Assembly: GCF_004010195.1 (NCBI RefSeq)
Contig: NC_057753.1
Span: 4,081,656 to 4,145,655, forward strand
DNA from: Chiloscyllium plagiosum
Lineage: Eukaryota
DNA: 64,000 bases
Direction: 5' to 3'
Shown: positions 24,136 through 36,110 of the stretch, in pieces
Layout of the letters: each line of letters starts with the position of its first letter
Numbering within the stretch: the first letter of the stretch is position 1
Program-made: the position numbers and the translations under genes
Notes under the pieces: generated by a model
Database searches by the model: none
Told to the model about the DNA's origin: nothing
What the model saw: only the letters and a program-made list of their open reading frames with translations

Positions 24136-26404
24136 AAACAAGGATGAGCACAAGAATCTCTTGACTTCTGCAACTCGACCCTGGTGACCATTCGGGTCCA
24201 TTTTTGGGTGTTCCACCGTGAATTGACTGGATGATAGATGCGTTAGCCAGGAGCTGCAAGTGGACACAATAGCTGCACACATGCTGTGAAGACCATCACT
24301 TCTCATATTTACCACATAGCACAGGAGAATATCATGAATGCAAGCTCTCCTGCAGCGATTTACTTTAAGTCCACTCGAAAGGAGTAAATAAGAATATTAT
24401 GAAATTACTTCTCATGCTCTGTGTCCTTACGCCCTTACCGTACTGAATTTTCATTCAAATCACGAATCAACCCTCATGCCACTTCTTTGTGATGCCAATG
24501 CTCGATTTATCTTCAAAATGATCAGGCCCCTGAAGCTGCTGCTGTTAAACTAGAACTTCCCTATTTCTGCTCAGTTGAAGTTTTAGTGTTGCGCCTGGAT
24601 CCTGACCTCGGATCCTGGCTCGGTCTAAATGTTCAGCTGAACCTGAAGGATGGTACATGACAAACGATAAACCACAAAAACCTCATTAACTATGAACTAG
24701 TATAAAACACGTAAAGTCTGTTGTCGTTTTCACTGCATTTCCCAAAATCGCATAAATACAGTATTACCCTGCCATGCTCACTCAGGACGTGCTATTTTTA
24801 TTGCTTTCGTGAAAGTTGACATGGACAGAACATGATTTTGAGGTGCCGGTGTTGGACTGGGGTGAATAAAGTTAAGAATCACGCAACATCAGATTATAGT
24901 CCAACAGGTTTAGCTGGAAGCTCCAAAAGCTAGTGCTTCCAAATAAACCTGTTGGCCTATAACCTAGTGTTCTGTGATTTGTAATTTTGGACAGAACGTG
25001 TTGGTGATAAGAACACTGCTGAGTCGGCTTCAAAAAGCAGCCTCCCCACCACCCATACCCCCTTGCCCTGGATTTTTGCATAAAATTGAAAATTGTAGTC
25101 GTGAATCTAAGCTCAGAATACACATCCTTTACGCTATTAACAACTGTAGATTATCCCCTTCACTGTTCTCCAAGTCAATAGTAAAATATTTGGATGGCAT
25201 AACAAAGTAAACTGGTCTGATACAGTTGATGGAGGAGAAAAAAGAACAAACTAAAGGAAGTTAAGTGAAACAAAATCGAAAACATTGAAACCAAATAACT
25301 GTGAAGAAGCCACGCTTGCGAGCAGAAACTAAAAAAGGGGATAAGGTGTTTCTTTTCAATTAGCTAATGCGCAATTAACGTGCCTTTGAAAAGTCTGCAT
25401 TTTGCTCGCACAAGAAATGCCCTAAAGAGAAGGGGCATTAGTCTTCTTGCCCCTTTGAGGAAGATATATTTTTACGATACAATGGCAAGTCAAAATTCTT
25501 CAGCGGACCTGCAGCTTAAACCACAGATTAAAACTTTCGTTTATCATCATCGTCATAATTGCAATCCCTAATATTGCCCCTTCAATATATTGTTTATTTA
25601 ATTAAGTTCAGTTCAGCGTTATTAAAAGAAAAATAATCCTTTCAATGAACGAGCCATTTCAGGTAATCATTTTGTAACTGGGAAAATCAGTGGTGAAATG
25701 AATCTACCTATCCAAGCTAACTAAAATCCAACAGTGCACCCACCCGCGTTGGCAATAATAGTTTGATATTTCACCTGCTCTGAAATAATGCTGCTAGATC
25801 AGTGTCTCTGCACAGTTCAAATACAATGATGTCAAGGTATCTTATTGATTTTCCACCCAAAACATATTTCTTAAGAGTGCAATCGATTTGAAATTACACT
25901 GTGAGTGTAGTACCCAAGTCAAACACAGTAACAGTACTGACACAATAGAATTACTTCCAGATCGTTATTGGGCAAATGGTCGAGTTAAAACAATGAATGT
26001 AAGTCTGTTACAATAAGTTTGTCTAAATTTAACGGTGACCAATTCTACCGATAATATGAGAAACAAACAGCACATCAAGAGGTGAAATGACAATTCCAAA
26101 TAAGACAGGTTCCACCATTAATATCGCCAGATTATGTTCGTAGCTGAAATGCATTACCATGATACAATGTTGAATTAATACTGTTGCTGCTACTGTATAT
26201 TGTAAGTTATGATAAATAGCAAAGTTTTTTTTATTCCAGTGAAACGAAATGTCTTAAATTGGTGAGTCACAGCATTTTATTGAATACAATTGGAGACGGA
26301 AGAACTATAATATAGAGAAGAAGAGCAAAAGAAATATCTTCTGTAAATGTAAACTTGAAGTACATAGATACGAAATAATGACAACACTAATTTGAATAAT
26401 TTAC

Positions 26405-26474
26405 CTGGAACTCCGATAGCAGCTAGGATAGGATAGTAAATGGCAAACACCAGACCTATTGGTAGTCCATGCAT
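26405..26474 (-). CDS. Orphan class A GPCR gene A (GPR139/GPR142-like), coding exon 1 (MHGLPIGLVFAIYYPILAAIGVP + 1 nt)
   Basis: ATG at 26474, 70 nt, ends CCAG|GTAAAT (GT donor at 26404-26403). The phase-1 G joins CT at the start of exon 2 to give Ala, producing TM1 ...GVPANLAVIVIL. 19/23 aa identical to the exon at 58225-58294. Confidence 0.9.
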
Positions 26475-26524
26475 TTCTTGTCAGAAGCTTTGAGAGTGCT
26501 CTGCACTTTCCTGCAAAGTGCTTG

Positions 26525-26562
26525 CATTTGTACCTGATGTCAGGCCCCTGAGAGACAATTAG
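26525..26562 (-). promoter_or_regulatory. Putative proximal promoter cassette of gene A: homeodomain TAATTG + O/E(EBF)-like TCTCAGGGGC + CTGACA + TATA-like TACAAAT
   Basis: Minus strand reads ctTAATTG-like cTAATTGtcTCTCAGGGGcCTGACAtcaggTACAAATg; aligns without gaps to the gene B upstream cassette at nearly the same distance from the ATG. Confidence 0.5.
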
Positions 26563-26959
26563 TTAGTTTAAATTTTACAGGCACCGAATGTATTCTAATA
26601 ACAATTTCCAGCTGATGTGCACCTGAACTTTTGTTTTGGTGAGACTTTTCTTTTCATGGGATGTGACAGAAAATGCTAAAGGCAATTACAAATTGACCTT
26701 TGAAATATTCCAGCAACGCATGTTTATGAGAAATGACAGCAGCTTGGGTTTTGGACTTGTACCTAAGTACTATTGACTGAGCGTGATGCATTTTATAGGG
26801 AGAAATGCGGCCAATTTCTTCCCTCTAACCATTCGTCGCCATGTAAGGTCACCACGTCGGTGTGCTCTTGATTCAAACTCTACCTTGCTTCAAACAGTTC
26901 CCCTCAAAAACCCCACATACCCGGATCTCAGAATCCGTTTGCACTAATTCCACAGAATC

Positions 26960-27132
26960 TTATGAGTATGGAATCAGGCCATTCGACATAACAAGTCCAC
27001 ACCGAAAAACATCGTGCCCTTCCACCCTATTCCTGCAACCCCCATCTAACCCACACAGACACGGGGAGAATGTTCAAACTTGACCAAGTCATCTGAGGGA
27101 GCAGTACTAACAACTGAGCCACCGGGCGGCCC
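26960..27132 (-). mobile_element. Deleted SINE remnant
   Basis: acccacacagacacggggagaatg and actgagccaccgggcggccc motifs. Confidence 0.6.
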
Positions 27133-28539
27133 CTTAATTATGTGCTTTTATTATGCACAGGTCCAGCTCAGTAACGTACATTAGGTATTCAGGATTCCGT
27201 ATGATGACCGACTCTGCAGATTTACTAATAACGTTACATTCACTATGGACCTGCGCAGTTACTGACAGCACGTCCGGTTCAGCACGGTTATGTTCATGGT
27301 GAACGTGTGCAGTTCAAAAGAAAACATTCACATCAACAGTTCACCGGGACAACATTCAGTTATGGCAGTGTTAGGTAGACCCAGAAGGGGATCTAACATA
27401 TGCTTAGGCCGGAGAACATGAAGAACGTGCCTAGATAATTTATTTTCAGGTTTGACGAGTGTATTTCAGTATGATTATATTCAGTGTGAACTTGGTCATT
27501 TCAACGGTTGCAATCAGTGTTTACCAGTCTGCAAAATTTGCATTCGGTTTTCACAAGTCCTGTTCTCGATAATTACGTTTTACGCAGACAACAATTTGAG
27601 CTCAAAATGATTACTGCAGTGGGACAGGACCTGGGAAAAATGGTTATTTTCAGAACAGACTGGTCAATCTCGTAAAATATACATTTGTTGTGAAGAAAAG
27701 CATAAAATTGTGGCAATTCTTAATACGTATGCCACTTGCAGGGCCACGACGGGAAGCATTGCAGTCAAACCCATCACAAAGGAAGATGGCTTCGATGTTA
27801 CAAGTTCATAAGTTTAACTCTATATTGAACTCGGCATCATGGCCAATTAAAAACGACTCTGAGCTCCTTCAACCGCAACTTTTCCCGATTCAAATTGTCA
27901 GAAGTATTCATTTGATAGGGCAAGAAACATAAATAATGCAGAAAAGAGGCGTGTAATGTATTGCAAGGTGGGTAGTTTCTACAATAACTCTTTTTTTTGT
28001 CTAGCTATGTTAGATATGGGCACGCTCGGTATTCATTTCACACTTTTTTTTCATTTAGTGACGATTTCAAAAAAAGTTGGACAACGTTCTGGCAGCAGCT
28101 AATAAATAAAGCATCCCTCAGGCAATAGCTTGAAAGTAACCATTTCCAAAATTAGAACAAAATCAACACATCCACGCTCTTGGAATTATGGACACCAGTA
28201 TCAATGATTGTCGCAGAGCTTCAAATGAGCCAGAGAATTACTCGTATTGACGTCAAAATACAGTCGTATGTGGAGAGTGAGAATTTTACATCCAAGCAGC
28301 TTTCAGCTGGACTCTCATCAAGAAACCATCTTAAGAATGTGAACGTATGTCCCCAATTAGTTTTTACCTAAATGGCTGGGAGTTGGAGATTCACTTGCAT
28401 GGAAAGTAAGAAAATCCAAGGGAAAGGAGAAATTGCTAATGATGGGATGAGAGTTACAAGAAAATAAAAAAAAAGGACAGTTTGTGAATGTCAAGGAACC
28501 ATACAAGCGTAGGGGCATTTGTTAATAGAACAATTTTAA

Positions 28540-30280
28540 AAATGTTATACCTTAATGCATGAATCATTCGGAATAAGGCTGATGGATTGAATGCAAATCG
28601 AGATAAATGAATAGAACCTCATAGCCATTACCGAAACATTCCTACAAAGACCTTGATACTGGAAACTTAACATTCTAGGATGATTGCCGTTCTGGAAAGA
28701 CGAGAGAGCTCGGAAGTGGGTGTGAGGGGATGGGATAGCACTATTAACAAGAGATGAAATATGGTCGCCTGTGAGACATGGTCAAGGTTTGGATGTTGTA
28801 CTGTCCATTTCGACAGAGGTTAAAAGAAAAAAAAAGAAAAGGAGAACCAAGCTATAAATGCTACAAGGCAACACATAATAGGAGCGTGTAGCAATTACAG
28901 TGCAATAACTATGGTGACGTTGATCTTTATGTGGTTTGGGTTAATCAATTTGGAAAGGGTAGCTACTACAAAAATAAATCATAGAGTGCCTTAGGGATTG
29001 TTTCCGACAGTAATATCTCTTGGACCCAATCAGGAAGCAGACTATTTCTGGTCATCAGTAATGAGCGAAGCTTAATACTTTACCTCACAGCAGATAATCT
29101 CTAAGAAGTGGCGAGCATAATATGGTATAATCTAATATCCAATTTGAGAGTTAAATCGTTTGGTCAGAAACAACTGTTTTAACTAAATAAAGTAAATTAC
29201 AATGAAATGAGGATATAATTAGCTAAATCAGATTGAGCAGTAGATGACCAGGAATGGCGGTATGCAAACAGTGGCGAACATTAAAGGAGGCAATTTTTAC
29301 TCTCTGAATAAGCATCAGATTCCAGTAAGGAGCGAACCAAGAATAGTTAAGGACAATATTAAGTTGGAAGAAAAAGCATGAAAAAGTCATTAATAACTCT
29401 GAAGACCAGCCAAGATTTAGAATTAAACAAAGAAGAACTAAAAAAATAACAAGAACACGATTATGCCACTTTCAGAATACTTTATGCAATTCTGGTCTCC
29501 CTCCTATTGGAAGGATGTTGTGAAACTTGGAAGAGTTCAGAAAAGATTTACAAGAATGTTGGCAAGTTTGGAGGGTTTGAGCTTTAGGGGGAGGCTGAAT
29601 AGGCTGGGGCTGTTTTCCCTGGAGCGTCAGAGGCTCAGGGGTGACCTTATAGACGTTTATATAAACATGAGGGGTATAGGTAAGGTAAATAGAAAACGAG
29701 TTTTCCCTGGGATGGGGGAATCCAGAACGAGAGGACATGGGTTTAGGGTTAGAAGGGAAAAAATGTAAAAGGGGCCTAAGATGCAACGTTTTCACGCAGA
29801 AATTGGTGTGGGTATAGAATGAGCTGCCAGAGAAAGTGGTGGAGGCTGGTACAATTTACAGCATTTACGATGTGTTTGGTTGAATATATAAATAGGAAGG
29901 CTTTAGAAGCATATGGGCGGGTGCTCGCAAGTGAGACTACATTAGGTTAGGATATCGCATGGACGAGTTAACTGAAGGGTTAGTTTCCATGCTTATATCT
30001 TGATGATTTTATGAATCTATAATCTACTTGGGGAAGTGAGTGAGGAATATAGAAACGTACAATAAAAGCTTCTTTATATTTGTATGAAAGAAGAGAGTAG
30101 CCAAAATGAACATAATCCCGTAAGAAAATTAATTTGGGAAGACATATATGGGGATCAAAAAAAAGAGGAGTTAAACAAATGCTTGTTTTAGCCTTTACTA
30201 TGGAACATACTTCGAACGTTCTATTAATGCTTAAAAAAGAGAAGGAATTAAATGCTATAACTACAGAAATACATATTTTT
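28540..30280 (+). mobile_element. Old CR1 EN/linker remnant with a younger CR1 3' fragment inserted at about 29460-30020
   Basis: Degenerate EN motifs (aatgcatgaatcattcggaataagg; atagccattaccgaaac); inner ORF QFWSPSYWKDVVKLGRVQKRFTRM. Confidence 0.7.
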
Positions 30281-30282
30281 TT

Positions 30283-30428
30283 GGATTAGATTCCTTATAG
30301 TATGGAAGCAGGCCCTTCCGCTCAACAAATCCACACCGACTCTCTAAAGAGTAACGCACCCAAACCCATTCCCCTACCCCCTATTTACCCCTAACTAGTG
30401 AATCTAACACTATTGGCAACTTAACATG
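30283..30428 (-). mobile_element. SINE 3' fragment
   Basis: gattagattcc...tggaagcaggccc...ccacaccgac tail. Confidence 0.7.
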
Positions 30429-31160
30429 TTCAACAGTTGGTGGTATCTGTTCGTCTGCTGAGAGCATGGATCTGTGCCTGGGAAGTCTTGCTTCAATCCT
30501 TGTTGGTAGAGCAGCATCTGTTGTAGCTCTAGAGGTCGACATAGGTCAGGCAGTCTCTGTTGCAGTGACTGCACTTGAAGGCGATGTCTCCGGTGTTATC
30601 TTGTTGCTGTTTTCTCGGCGTGTACACTTTTCTGCAGCAGCAAGCCTCTTCTCTTTTTAGGCCTCTGCATAATTCCACCCTCCAGAGAGAGAGAGCCGTC
30701 ACTTGCAATTTTCTCCCACCTCTCGATGTTCATGTTCAGTGACTTCATGTCTCTCTTGCAGATATGTTTGACATGAAGGTGGGACTGCCCTTCTGTTCAC
30801 TTGACGGAGGCCAGCTCCCCGTACAGCAAGTATTTCGGGATCCTTTTATCTGATATGCGGTATACTTAGCCCAGCCAGTGGAGGAGGTGTTGTTGGAGCA
30901 GGTTGAAGAGGCTGCATATGCGGGCGTGGGCCAGGACTTCATTGTTGGTGACTCAGTCAGTCCACTTGATGCCCAGGATGTGTCTCAGGCTGCGAAGGTT
31001 GAAGGCGTTGAGATGCCCCAGGTCTCGCTGCCATACAGCAGCGTGCTGAGGGCGCAGGCCCTGTAGACTGCAACCTTGGTGTGTGTCATCAGGTTTCTGT
31101 TCTCTCAGACTCTCTTTGTCAGCCTGACGAATGTTGAGGCTGCTCGTCCGATCCGTCTGT

Positions 31161-31381
31161 AGATTAGATTATATTCCCTATAGTGTGGAAACAGGCTCTT
31201 CGGCCCAACAAGTCCACACCGACCCTACAAAGAGCAACTCACCCAGACCCATTCCCTTACATTCACCCCTGACTGATGCACCTAAACCGGAGGAAATCCA
31301 CGCAGGCACGGAGAGAATGTGCAAACTCCACACAGACAGTTGCCCGAGGGGGTATTGAACCCGGGTCTCTGGCGCTGTGAG
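31161..31381 (-). mobile_element. HE1/V-SINE inserted in RTE
   Basis: agattagatt tail, V-domain, B-box-like gggttcaat; interrupts RTE RT C-terminus. Confidence 0.85.
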
Positions 31382-33400
31382 GTCTTGGAGGCTCGGAAGA
31401 GACTGCTTGTGATGGTGGAGCCAAGGTATGTAAACTCGTGGGCTACCTCCAGCTTGCAGTTGTTGACAGTAATGGCAGGGGTGTGATCAATGTCTTGGCC
31501 AAACGCGTTAGTCTTCTTCAGGCTGATGGTCAAGCTGAAGTCCTGGAAGGCCCTTGAGAAGCTGTCCATGAGGCGTTACAGTTGTTCTTCCGAGTGGGTT
31601 GCCAGTGCCGCCTCACCTGCAAACAACATCTCCCTGATGAGTGCTTCACGAACCTTGGTTTTCACCCTCAGCTGGGACAGACTGAACAGTCTCCTGCCGG
31701 ATCTGGTGTGGAGGTAGACAGCATCATGTTCCAATGGCGTGCTTCAGCATGACTGCAAAGAAGATGCCGAACAGAGTGGGGGAAGCACGCAGCACTGCGA
31801 ATGTGGAAGGCCTCTGAAGTAGGGCCATCAAACTCAACGACACCCTTCTTGTCTAATGTGAAATGACTGAAGCATCCTCAGGAATCTCGAGGGGCAACCA
31901 ATCCTGGCCAAGATTCTGAACAATCTGTCTCTTCTCATAATGTCGAAGACCTTCGTGAGGTCAATGAAGTTGACGTGGAGTGGTTGGATTTGCTCTCTGC
32001 ATTTCTCTTGTAGCCGTTGAAGGGAAAAGATCATGTCAATCGTGGAGCGTTCTAACCAGAAACTGCACAGAGACTCAGGGCATATCATTTTGGAAATTTT
32101 CTGCAGTCTGTTCAGCACCACACGGGCGAAGACCTTCCCAATAGCGTTCAGCAAAGAGATTCCCCTGTAGTTGTTACAGTCGCTTCTGTCCCCTGTGTTC
32201 ATATATTGGGTGGCAATGTTGCAGTCTCTCGTGTCTCACGGCACTGCTCCCTATTTGCAGCACTAGTGCACAAGTTAGTGCAAGTTGTTTAATAAGAAGC
32301 CCTGTGGACACTTGCTGGCCTCTGTTGGAAAGCCATCCAACCCTGGTGCGTCCCCAGTGGGCAGGCTACCGATTGATTTACCCAGCGCTTCAGCAGCCAG
32401 CCACGCATCCCATTCTTCTGCAACAGGCAGGCATACCACAGCGCGCTGTCTGAGGTGCTGTTTTCTCTGGAGTAAAGGCTGGAGCCCATCTCTCCATCTG
32501 CTTGTCTTTGTCTTGGATGGTCTCGCCTGTTATGGTTTACAGTGTTGCTCTCTTGCACTGGGTTGGACCGATGGTTTTCTTGATCCACTTGCACACTCCA
32601 CGGATGTTGCTTGAATCAAATGACGGCTGAAAGCTTTCGCATATTTGTAGACAGTAATAATTTGCAAAGCGTCTAGTTATTTTCTGACCCTTGCTTCTTA
32701 CAGTCCTTAGCGCTTGCAGTGTTGCCTGGGTGGGGTGGCGTTTGTGCTCGAGTAGGGCAACATGCTTTGCCTCGATGACCACGGTGAGATTACTTGAGCA
32801 CGCTTCAAGCCAGTCCTGTGTCTTGCCATGTTTCTTCCCAAATACCTTGAATGCCGTCCTATGGATATTGTCTCTGAGAGAGTCCGATCTCTGCCGAGCA
32901 TCTCCTTCCGGTGGGTCTGCAGGATTGCGTTTTCCAGTGACTTGATGATTTCTGCCTCTTTGTCTGGGTGTTGGGTCTTACTGACATCAATGCGCTTCTT
33001 GCCTGGAAGCTTGGTATAGTGCATCTTCTTTGGCCAAAGTCTGATCTTGCAGCAAACCAGAGAGGAATCCGTGTCACAGTCGACATTCTAAAAGGAGCAA
33101 GTCATGAACATATTTCTCAGGTGGTGATGTCTGGTGATTATCAGGTTCATCTGGTGCTAGTGTTTGGAGTAGGGATGTCAACAAGACACTTTGTGCTCAA
33201 CATTGGTCTGGAAGCAAATGTTAGTGACACACAATTTGTGGAGCAGAGCTCGAGCAGTCGTTGCCTGTTGTCATCCATCCTGCCAATCGCATACCACCAC
33301 AAGCAACTTAGTTAGGAGTCGTGGTTGGCACCCACCTGCCGTTGAAGTCGCCAAGTAGCGGAACTGTTCCTAACTTGCGATCCCCTGTATTATCATTGTG

Positions 33401-33630
33401 AGCAGTCTGCTCCAAGCCAGTAAAGTAATCAGCTTGTGAGGCCTTGGGCCTTTTTTGAAGAAGGCTGAATGGGTGACGTCATGTTCTCATGGAAACTCTT
33501 GTTGTTTAGTTTTAGACTTTAGCAGCAGGTCTGAGGTCCTGCTGCTGGATGTGGCAGCTCTTATTCCTCTGTCTCTTGCACCTACACATGGGGTTCTGTT
33601 CCTGCTGCCAGAATTATATGCAAGACGATG
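33401..33630 (+). repeat. Inverted copy of LTR segment 34240-34460 sitting inside the RTE endonuclease region
   Basis: ORFs 33455(+) and 34404(-) translate almost identically (MKKAEWVT.CSHGNSCCLVLDF.SRSEVLLLDVAA). Confidence 0.9.
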
Positions 33631-33786
33631 GAACCCCTCTTTGCATTTTATGTAGAGTCGAGGATTGGGACACAGGCGCTGACAAGGTTGACAAGCCAGT
33701 CGGATATGCGGTATCTGTCCCCATCTCACTGGGCTCTACTGTCTTGAACAGCGAGTTCTTCACGGCAGGGCTGACGCCATGCTACT

Positions 33787-34062
33787 TGGGGTGGCAAAGT
33801 GGCTCAGTGGTTAACACTGCTACCTCACAGCGCCAGGGACGCGGGTTCAATTCCAGGACCTCCCACCTTCATCTACCTATTGTATTCCCAGCTACCTTCC
33901 TTCAGCCTCAGCCCCCCGGCCCAGAAGCCTCATTCCAGATGAAGGGCTTATGCCCATAACATCGATTCTCTTACTCCTCAGATGCTGCTTGACCTTCTGT
34001 GCTTTTCCAGCACCATACTCTCGACTCCGATCTCCAGCACCTGCAATCCTCACTTTCTCCTC
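33787..34062 (+). mobile_element. SINE head (33787-33858) abutting a Penelope terminal repeat (33860-34062)
   Basis: gtggctcagtggttaacactgc...gggttcaattcc, then ccagatgaagggcttatgccc...ccagcacctgcaatcctcactttctcc. Confidence 0.75.
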
Positions 34063-34149
34063 ATATGCTATTCATACACTATACTTAAAATAGAGACAAA
34101 ATACTTAAGAAAGGAAATAATTGGCTTAATTGTAACTCTATTGAAATGC

Positions 34150-36110
34150 CTAAAAACGGTAGATAGTTGACTATTACTGATCAACTGTTCCAATATAATA
34201 ACATCCTATAATCACACCCAAAATCAAGTTCGTTAAATACATCGTCTTGCATATAATCCTGGCAGCAGCATGTGTAGCTGCAAGAGACAGAGGAATAAAA
34301 GCTGCCACATCCAGCAGCAGGACCTCAGACCTGCTGCAAAAGTCTAAAACTAAACAACAAGAGTTTCCATGAGAACATGCCGTCACCCATTCAGCCTTCT
34401 TCAAAAAAGGCCCAAGGCCTCACAAGCTGTTTGTATTACTGGCTTCTAGCAGACTGCTCTAAACCTCTGCCTCAATCTTTCTTCAGAAAAAGAGGGTAAA
34501 TTGCAACTCTTAAAAACCATAATATCGCAACACATCCACCCTTAGAAAAAGGAGTCATCAATACGCAAAGATGGCTTCGTTTTTTAAAAAACCTTTAGTC
34601 CTACTCTATTCGAATACTGCAATACATATAAAATACGTTGACGTTTCGCATGCAAACCTTCATGACTACAATACAATTCAGTCCATTTTTTCCCCTGCCA
34701 TTGAATACCTCCATCGCTTTTCGTCAAAGTTGAGGCAACGTGTCGACAATTGCGTTCTCTCGTCCTAATTCGAATGACTGCAATAATAAACTCCACCTAA
34801 ACAGTTTGATATTCTTATCGCCAAATTACTCCCACAAACGTTGAGCAGTTATGATCAATATTACATTTGTCTCAGGCACATTTTTGCAAAATAACTGATG
34901 AAATGTTGCAATGCCAACACGAAGTTTAAAGTCTCCTTCTCAATGTTGGAATATTTCTGTTGATGATTATTTGATTTTGTGGAAAAATAGACAACGACTC
35001 TTTCTATCTGCTCATCATCTTCTTGCAAAGGTATAGTATTGATACCCACATCACTTCCATCGAGAGCTATATTGAATCACTTCAAGTAATTAAGTTTTGC
35101 CAACATGGACATTGTGTTAGCAACATAGAAGGTTTAGGCTTTAGAATGCTTTGTGACATTCCTCCGTCCACTGAAAGTTTCTGCACTTCTTCAACAAGTC
35201 AGTCTGTGGAGCATGCACAACTCTAGAATTCGGTATGATCTTCCATTAAAAACCACACAGTTCGATGATTCGTAATACCATCCATTAGAACTTAGAATCC
35301 CTACAGTGTGTAAACAGGCCATTTGGCCCAACAAGTCCTCACCAACCTTTCCAAGAGTAACCAAAGATATGCGAATGTCCACAATGATTTTTGTTTTTGG
35401 TTTTCTTATGTTTGCTGAACAAGCCCCAAGTGGACATCTTATCATCGTAATCACGAACCACTACAAGATTGGCACAGGTTAAAAAAGAGGGCCATCTTTC
35501 GATATTCAATTGCAAGACCCAGGAAAGTGACTGAGGCTTTTACGAACTCGCTCTTAGCCAGGTTTATCACCAAGCCCACCTCTGAAAATTAATCAAGCAA
35601 TTCCTATAGATGCTGCAAATGTTTCTTCCATGTGTGACTAAAAATCATTGGATCGTGGATGTTCACTAATAATTGGGTAATCCTAAAATGACTTTATTGG
35701 TTCATCTATAAATCAGGCCGGCACATTTTTCGTACCAAAATGCATGACATTAAACAGGGACAGTCGATTCGGTGTCATGAAAGCTGCAGTTTCCTTCATT
35801 TTTTCAGATAATGGTACCTGCCAGTAACCTCTGACTACAGCCGACTTTGAAATATTCATTGCTTTTTTTCTCTTTCTTGATGCAAGTTTGCAGATGTGGA
35901 ATATTACATGAAACAGATTTCAGAACTGCATTTACTGTAGGTAGTCCACATATAATTGTTGAATATCATTTGGTTTCGTACTGTACTATAGGTCAGCTCC
36001 ATTCACTCCAGCTCACTTCGATTATATTGTCTTTAAGCTTGCAGTATATCTCTTTTTTAAACTGTGTCAATTTTGTAGTGGCCTATGACTACTTTGACAA
36101 GATGGCCGCT
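34150..36110 (-). mobile_element. Gypsy-type LTR retrotransposon remnant: RT-RNase H, polypurine tract and 3' LTR
   Basis: GYWQVPLSEKMKETAAFMTP (RT); VVYFSTKSNNHQQKYSNIEKETLNFVLALQHF (RNase H); purine tract aagggtggatg immediately before LTR start TGTTGCGATA at about 34531. A SINE tail is inserted at about 35285-35365. Confidence 0.8.

Larger units (their letters stand above)
30430..33785 (-). mobile_element. RTE-clade LINE, near full-length degenerate ORF (EN + RT)
   Basis: GDRSDCNNYRGISLL, STIDMIFSLQRLQEKCREQ, FIDLTKVFD, FSLTISLKKT, FTYLGSTIT. Confidence 0.9.

Noticed and set aside
26277..26404. 65-aa ORF continuing past GVP (GKLFKLVL...)
   Set aside because: Read-through into the intron beyond the GT donor; the equivalent frame in gene B stops almost immediately.
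33455..34404. Two similar small ORFs (MKKAEWVT...) as a duplicated peptide gene
   Set aside because: By-product of the inverted LTR-segment duplication; non-ATG starts and no coding signature.
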